Positions 57,206 to 64,000 of a stretch of 64,000 nt of DNA are shown piece by piece (the stretch's first letter is position 1; each line of letters begins with the position of its first letter). Source of the DNA: Eledone cirrhosa. Its lineage: Eukaryota. The notes beneath the pieces are model-generated. The model did not search any database. It had not been told where the DNA came from and saw only the letters and a list, made by a program, of their open reading frames with translations. The stretch spans positions 21,142,001-21,206,000 of the forward strand of contig OZ024759.1 in the NCBI GenBank assembly GCA_964016885.1, given 5' to 3'. The position numbers were made by a program, and so were the translations under genes.

Positions 57206-57398
57206 AATATATATATATATATATATATATGAATATAACAACCATTGGCTGTCAAGTATTTTGGCGCCGACATATTCGCCCATTCACAATCTCTAACTAC
57301 CCCTGTTGCAATATAAACGCCTCAATTTATCATGTCGGCAGCTATATCTCTGATATCCTCTCTCTCTAGATATGCACATATATACACATATATACATA

Positions 57399-57457
<59 letters not shown>

Positions 57458-57811
57458 CATATACATATACAAACACACATATAGATATACATGTATACAT
57501 ATACAAATATACATTTACACATATGCATATATATATTTTATATATATATTATATATTTACATATATACATACTATATTTATATATATATATATATATATA
57601 TATAGTATATATCTAATAAACACATTTACGTAAAAATGTATATAAATATGAATATATATATATATATACATACATTTATACATACTATATGTATATATAT
57701 ATATATATATATATACATATATTTATACATACTATATGTATATATATATATGAATATATATATATACATATAATATGTATAAATGTATGTATATATATAT
57801 ATATATATAAT

Positions 57812-58333
57812 GTCGGGTCACTCTTGAGTGCTACTGGTAACATGTAACCCAGTACAACCTGCCGCATGGTCGGGTCGTCGGCGACTAAACCGGCAACCCC
57901 ACCAAGTTTACCTGGTGAGGAGGGTGATTTTAGACACCCTGCAGGACAAAAAACAAAACCTGACAAAGGGCGGATGAACTCATAAGAGTCAACGGCCATC
58001 CAAAAGTGTGTAAATATGTATATACACATGTACCGCGCGGTTAAACCACTTGGAATGAAGGACCCCTAGCCTTTGTCAGGGCATTCTTCTAGGAGAAGAC
58101 AACTCAGGAAACTGGGATAACTCTGATATAAAACCTGTGGCTCAGTAGTTACCGATGATGTTGATCTTTTCTTCTTTTCGGGTTATAGCTACTGTCGCTC
58201 AGAGAGTGGGATTGGTTCAGTGCACAGTCTTTCCTCACTTTAAAAAATATCTTCGTGCACAGGCATTAGTTAATAATTATTAATAATGGTATCCATGCAA
58301 TGGCCATACTCGATAATGAGGTGGCAGCCATCA
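57812..58333 (+). mobile_element. Second copy of the bipartite RTE-clade element
   Basis: Homologous to 24919-25522; ends CAATGGCCATACTCGATAATGAGGTGGCAGCCATCA-(TA)n. Confidence 0.65.
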
Positions 58334-58384
58334 TATATATATATACATACATTTATACATACTATATGTATATATATATATATA

Positions 58385-58692
58385 GGATGAAAAACTCAGA
58401 GCTGTATGGGAGCCTCCCAAAAGTCAGCTCAAAAGTGACACAGAGGAGGCTGAGGTTAGCTGGACATGCTCACCGACATCCAGAGTTGACATTGCACTCC
58501 GTGCTCCTTTGGGAGCCCCTACATGGACACAGTAGAAGAGGGAGACCAAGGTTAACGTATGTTGATACCCTAAGGACAGACACTGGTCTGTTGGAGACGC
58601 AGGACATGGCAGCGATAATGAGGGACAGAGACCGCTGGAGAGAACTCGTCCATGGATCTCGGGAATTTTACCCGCCTTAGATAGATAGATAT
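58385..58692 (+). mobile_element. LINE 3' fragment (RTEX-like) with (TAGA)n tail
   Basis: ELYGSLPKVSSKVTQRRLRLAGHAHRHPE...LLWEP..G.SRRGRP; 5'-truncated, inserted in (TA)n. Confidence 0.82.
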
Positions 58693-58895
58693 ATATATAT
58701 ACATTTATACATACTAGATGTATATATATATAAATATACATACATTTATATATACTATATGTGTATATATATATATGAATATATATCTATCTATCTATCT
58801 AAATATATATATATACATACATTTATACATACTATATATATATATATATATATACATACATTTATACATACTATATATATACATACATTTATACA

Positions 58896-58944
<49 letters not shown>

Positions 58945-59933
58945 TATATTCATGCATACTATACGTATATATATATATATAAATATATATATATATAAAT
59001 ATATATATATTTATATATATATATATATATACAAACATTTATACACACTATATGTATATACACACACACACATATACACATATATATATATATATATATA
59101 TACATATCACAAGATATACGTTAAAACACGGATCACATCGTCAGATATGCAACACCTTGTGCTATCATTTAAGTTGTCTTCTTTCTGCTTTATTCATGTT
59201 AGTATTTGCTGTTGTTAGATTTTTCTGCCTACTGAAGGACTATAGACACGAAAGTCTCTTCATAAAATATGGTGAAATAATTGTTTGGGCTACGTTTTAT
59301 GAGACTGTCCATAAAAATAACGGCGAAAACAAATCTCCTTTTACACGAATAGTATTGATTGATTTAAAAGGAAAAAAAAAAAAAAACTAGATACTCATTA
59401 ATATTCCTTTTCCTGTCGTTTTCACACTTATGTATGTATGTATGTATAGATATGTTTGTGTGTGTATGTGTATGTGTTTGTGCGTGTGTATGTGTGATTG
59501 GGTGTATGGGTGTGTCTCTATGAATGTATGTATGTATGTATAGATATGTTTGTGTGTATGTGTTTGTCTGTGTGTGTGTGTGATTGGGTGTATGGGTGTG
59601 TTTGTGTCTGTATGTATGTCTGTCTGTCTGTATGTATGTATGTATGTATGTATGTATGTATGTATGTATGTATAGATATGTTTGTGTGTGTATGTGTTTG
59701 TATGTGTGATTGGGTGTATGGGTGTGTTTGTGTCTGTATGTATGTATGTATGTATGTATGTATGTATGTATAGATATGTTTGTGTGTGTGTGTGATTGGG
59801 TGTATGAGTGTGTTTGTGTGGCTGTATGTATGTATGTATGTATAGATATGTTTGTGTGTTATGTGTATGTGTGTTTATGTGTTTGTGTGTGTGTGTATGT
59901 GTGATTGGGTGTATGGGTGTGTTTGTGTCTGTA

Positions 59934-59966
<33 letters not shown>

Positions 59967-60108
59967 AGATATGTTTGTGTGTGTGTGTGTGTGTTTGTGT
60001 GTGTGATAGGGTGTATGGGTGTGTTTGTGTCTGTATGTATGTATGTATAGATATGTTTGTGTGTGTGTGTGTATGTGTGATTGGGTGTATGGGTTTGTTT
60101 TGTGTCTG

Positions 60109-60142
<34 letters not shown>

Positions 60143-60804
60143 TAGATATATGTGTGTGTGTGTGTGTATGTGTTTGTGTGTGTGTATGTGTGATTGGGTG
60201 TATGGGTGTGTTTGTGTCTGTATGTATGTATAGATATGTTTGTGTGTGTGTGTGTGTTTGTGTGCGAGTGTGTGATTGGGTGTATGGGTGTGTTTGTGTC
60301 TGTATATATGTATGTATGTATGTATGTATAGATATGTGTGATTGGGTGTGTTTGTGTATGTATGTATGTATGTGTGTGTCTGTATATATATATATATATA
60401 TGTACACGAGTGTGTGGGTGTTCGTGTCGATATATATATATATATATCTGTATGCGTGTGTGTTTTTGTGTATATGTGTGTGTGTGTGTTTGTCTGTATA
60501 TATATATATATGTGTGTGTATTTGTGTCTATTTATATGTGTGTTTGAGTCTATATATGTGTGTGTGTTTGTGTCTATATGTGTGTGTGTGTGTTTGTGTC
60601 TATATATATATGTGTGTTTGAGTCTATATATGTGTGTGTGTCTATATATATGTGTTTGAGTCTATATATATGTGTGTATATCTGTGTATATACATATATG
60701 TGTGTAAGTGTATATTTGTAATATGTGTATGTATGTATATGGAAGATGGATGTTAAACGATGATGATGATATACATATATATATATATATAAATAAGGAT
60801 GATG

Positions 60805-60850
<46 letters not shown>

Positions 60851-61727
60851 GAAGTGTAAGTCAACCAACACATACTCAAAATTATACACACACACACACA
60901 CACATGCATACATACAAGAAGTTACTAATTGGAGACTAGTAAAACCATTATTCAACTTAGTACTCCATACTTTAAAGAATGTTGAGTGTAGATATCATTT
61001 AATACAACGTAAAACATACTATCAATCTTAATCCGTTTCGACCATATGTAATTTTCTCCCTCTCTCCCACTCCTAGCCTTTCTCTTCCTTATCTCTTCCC
61101 CGTATTCTCTTCATCCATCTTCCTCTATTTTCCTTGCTTGCCTCTTCACAGTATCTCTTCAATGATTGCTTGCTCGGACTCACGTCCCCTGATGTGTATA
61201 GTAGGGGCGCCGCTGTGACATGCCGTCAGCCAGTCTACTTCATTTGACGCAGTTTCGTACCAGATCTGACGGTTCCAGTAAAGACTTGCACGACCGCTCG
61301 CTATGTAGTACTATTTTCTGTCCAGAGTTTCTTCATCCGCGGCTTTCTTTATTTCTTCCCTCATCCCACTCCACCTTTCCTGGTTGGTTGGATGGATGGA
61401 AGGTCTTTATAAAACCATTCATTGGACTTGTTACATGACCAGACTGTATTAGCTATGTCTTTCCTGCTTTCCCCGGGGATGGGGTTTTAACGTGAAGTTA
61501 GTTGTTAAAATATGTTCTAATTCGAAGGCTCATCAAGCCGGTGCTTGTCCCCAGTTCCCTTGGCATTAAACGACAGAGTACAGGAATTCCCCTGGACACG
61601 ACGCTGGTATATCACAGCTTTAACTCCCACCAGCTTCTGCTGGTTAGTCACTCTCAGGTGAGTGTACTGTAACAACGTGAAATAAAGTGTTTTGCTCGTG
61701 TAATATACGATAGTCTTTGCACAACTA

Positions 61728-62217
61728 CTGGTTACGTGACCATATCACCTCAGTTCACCTGGACTAGTTTGCTATATGCTCATACCACCTCAGATTTCTT
61801 TTTCCTTTACGGGGACCAATATGATGTATGATGGTATTTACAAGACCACTGGTTACGTGACTATACCACCTCAGTTCACCTGGACTAGTTTGACATATGG
61901 TCATACCACCTCAGATTTTTCCCGTTTATGGGGACCAATATGATGTACGAAGGTATTTGTAAGACCTCTGGTTACGTGACTATACCACCTCAGTTCACCT
62001 GGACTAGTTTGACATATGATCATACCACCTCAGATTTTTCCCGTTTATGGGGACCAATATGATGTACGAAGGTATTTGTAAGACCTCTGGTTACGTGACT
62101 ATACCACCTCAGTTCACCTGGACTAGTTTGACATATGATCATACCACCTCAGATTTTTCCCGTTTATGGGGACCAATATGATGTACGAAGGTATTTGTAA
62201 GACCTCTGGTTACGTGG
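61728..62217. repeat. 119-bp tandem repeat, about 4 units
   Basis: GGTTACGTGAC at 61851, 61970 and 62089. Confidence 0.95.
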
Positions 62218-64000
62218 CCGAACCATCCTAGCCCTCTTTTCTCCACAGATTAGGTTTTTATGGAGGCTGTTGTGATGGTGGTGGTTTGGGGGGACCTGCC
62301 CGTCTACGATGTGGTCTACGTTTAATATAAGATACCGCATATCTCATGTCTTGTTACTGACATAACTAGGGCTGATCTAGCGGGTAAATAACGATTTCTA
62401 GTAGAGGCACAAGGCCAGCAATTTTGGGGGAGGGGAATGTCGATTAAATCGACCCCAGTGAGTGACTGGTACTTTATTTTATCGACCCCGTAAGGATGAA
62501 AGGCAAAGTTAAGCTCAGCGGGATTTGAACTCAGACTGTAAAGGGGCGTGACTCTATGCTACAAAGCATAACGTCCGACCCTCTACCGATACTACCAATC
62601 CACCATTGCTTATAATAATTGTTTCTACTTTTGGCACAAGGCCAGCAATTACCCAGTGTATTACTGGTGCTTTATTTTATCGATCCTGTAAGGATGAAAG
62701 GCAAAGCATAACGTCCGACCCTCTACCGATACTGCCAATCCACCGCTCAAATGTCATTATAATAATGTGAAGACTTGTTTAGCAATTCAAGTAAAAGAAA
62801 ATTTGATGATATAGACCCCAGCATTTGACTGGTACTTTATTTTTATCGACACCGGAAAGATGAAAAGCAAAGTTGACCATGGCTGGATTTGAACTCAGAA
62901 TACACATGGCCGAATCACATGCCACAAAAGATTTTGTCTTAAACTCTAGCAATTCCCAAATAAAACATTTGATTGTGTATCAAAGCAGCCCTGGGGGTAA
63001 GGTTCACGAAAAGACCCATAGTTCCATGACCAAAACCTCAGATCATAGCTTTCGTTTCTCCACAGAATATGAGGTTTTCATGAAGGCCATTGTGATGGTG
63101 GATGATTTGGTGGACCTGCTCGTCTATGATGAGGTCTTTGTTTACCTCAGAAGTTGCGGTAGTTAGTACTTCATGTCTGGCTACCACAACCAGGGCTGAC
63201 CTGGAGGATAAGGTCCACGAAAACAACCATACTTTCAATGGGGAACAAGAGTTTACGTACCCATCAGTTAGACCTGCTAAAAAGAAGAGCTAAACCACCC
63301 TCAAATCATAGCCCAATCGTTTTAATAATAAAACAAGCAAACACTTTTTAAAAAGGGCAAAAGAATTATTAAATAGATGTAATAAGTACATACCACTGTA
63401 ACCCCACCACTATCATACTACTCCCTACCACCACCACCACCACTACTAACCAGTTTCACAAATATGACGGGATAGTCATGGCTGGAATGCTTTCGGTTAT
63501 ATTGTCATAACTTCTGCTTAATCAGACTGAACTGAGGATTTATATTTATTCCTTCAACCACACCGTTACTAGACCACCACCACCTTTATACCACCACCAC
63601 CACCATATAACCACACCATTACTGCACCACCACAATCACCATATAACTACACCGTTACTACACCACCACCATTACTGCACCACCACAACCACCTTATACC
63701 CCACCACCACCACCATATAACCATACCATACCATTAATACCATCACCACCACCACCACCACCACCACTGTATAACCACAGTTACTACACTGCCACTATCA
63801 CACACAACCCATATAACTTATTCCACTACCCCCCAGCCACCCCGCCATAAGCGTCATTAAGTCATAATAATATAGCACGGTGTGTATAAGGGGTACCACC
63901 ACGACCACCACCACCACAACACCAACAACAACACCAACAACGGCACATAAACAAACACTATCTGTTTTTCAACCCCATATATAGTAGGGAAGGGCAGGCG

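Noticed and set aside
62873-63293. Short overlapping ORFs near the window end
   Set aside because: The first starts within a SINE; no recognisable domain or splice structure.

Overview
AT-rich, microsatellite-saturated animal genomic DNA. The tRNA-SINE families and repeat landscape suggest an octopod cephalopod (inference). The only supportable host gene is the terminal homeobox exon of Msx (minus strand, 45655-46082); I could not find exon 1 in the window. Nearly all long ORFs in the track are translations of simple repeats. The rest is SINEs, RTE/RTEX/ingi-like LINE 3' fragments, Tc1/mariner remnants, piggyBac- and pogo-type MITEs, Helitron-like elements and minisatellites. The most striking signal is a dense set of short non-coding elements embedded in (TA)n tracts that carry type I hammerhead ribozyme (HHR) motifs: about ten complete or near-complete cores from several families, plus degenerate and half copies. 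Many form long fold-back palindromes whose apex lies at or inside the ribozyme. This matches pseudo-LTR remnants of Penelope-like retroelements and hints at ribozyme-guided fold-back insertion. All folds were paired by eye; none was computed or tested.
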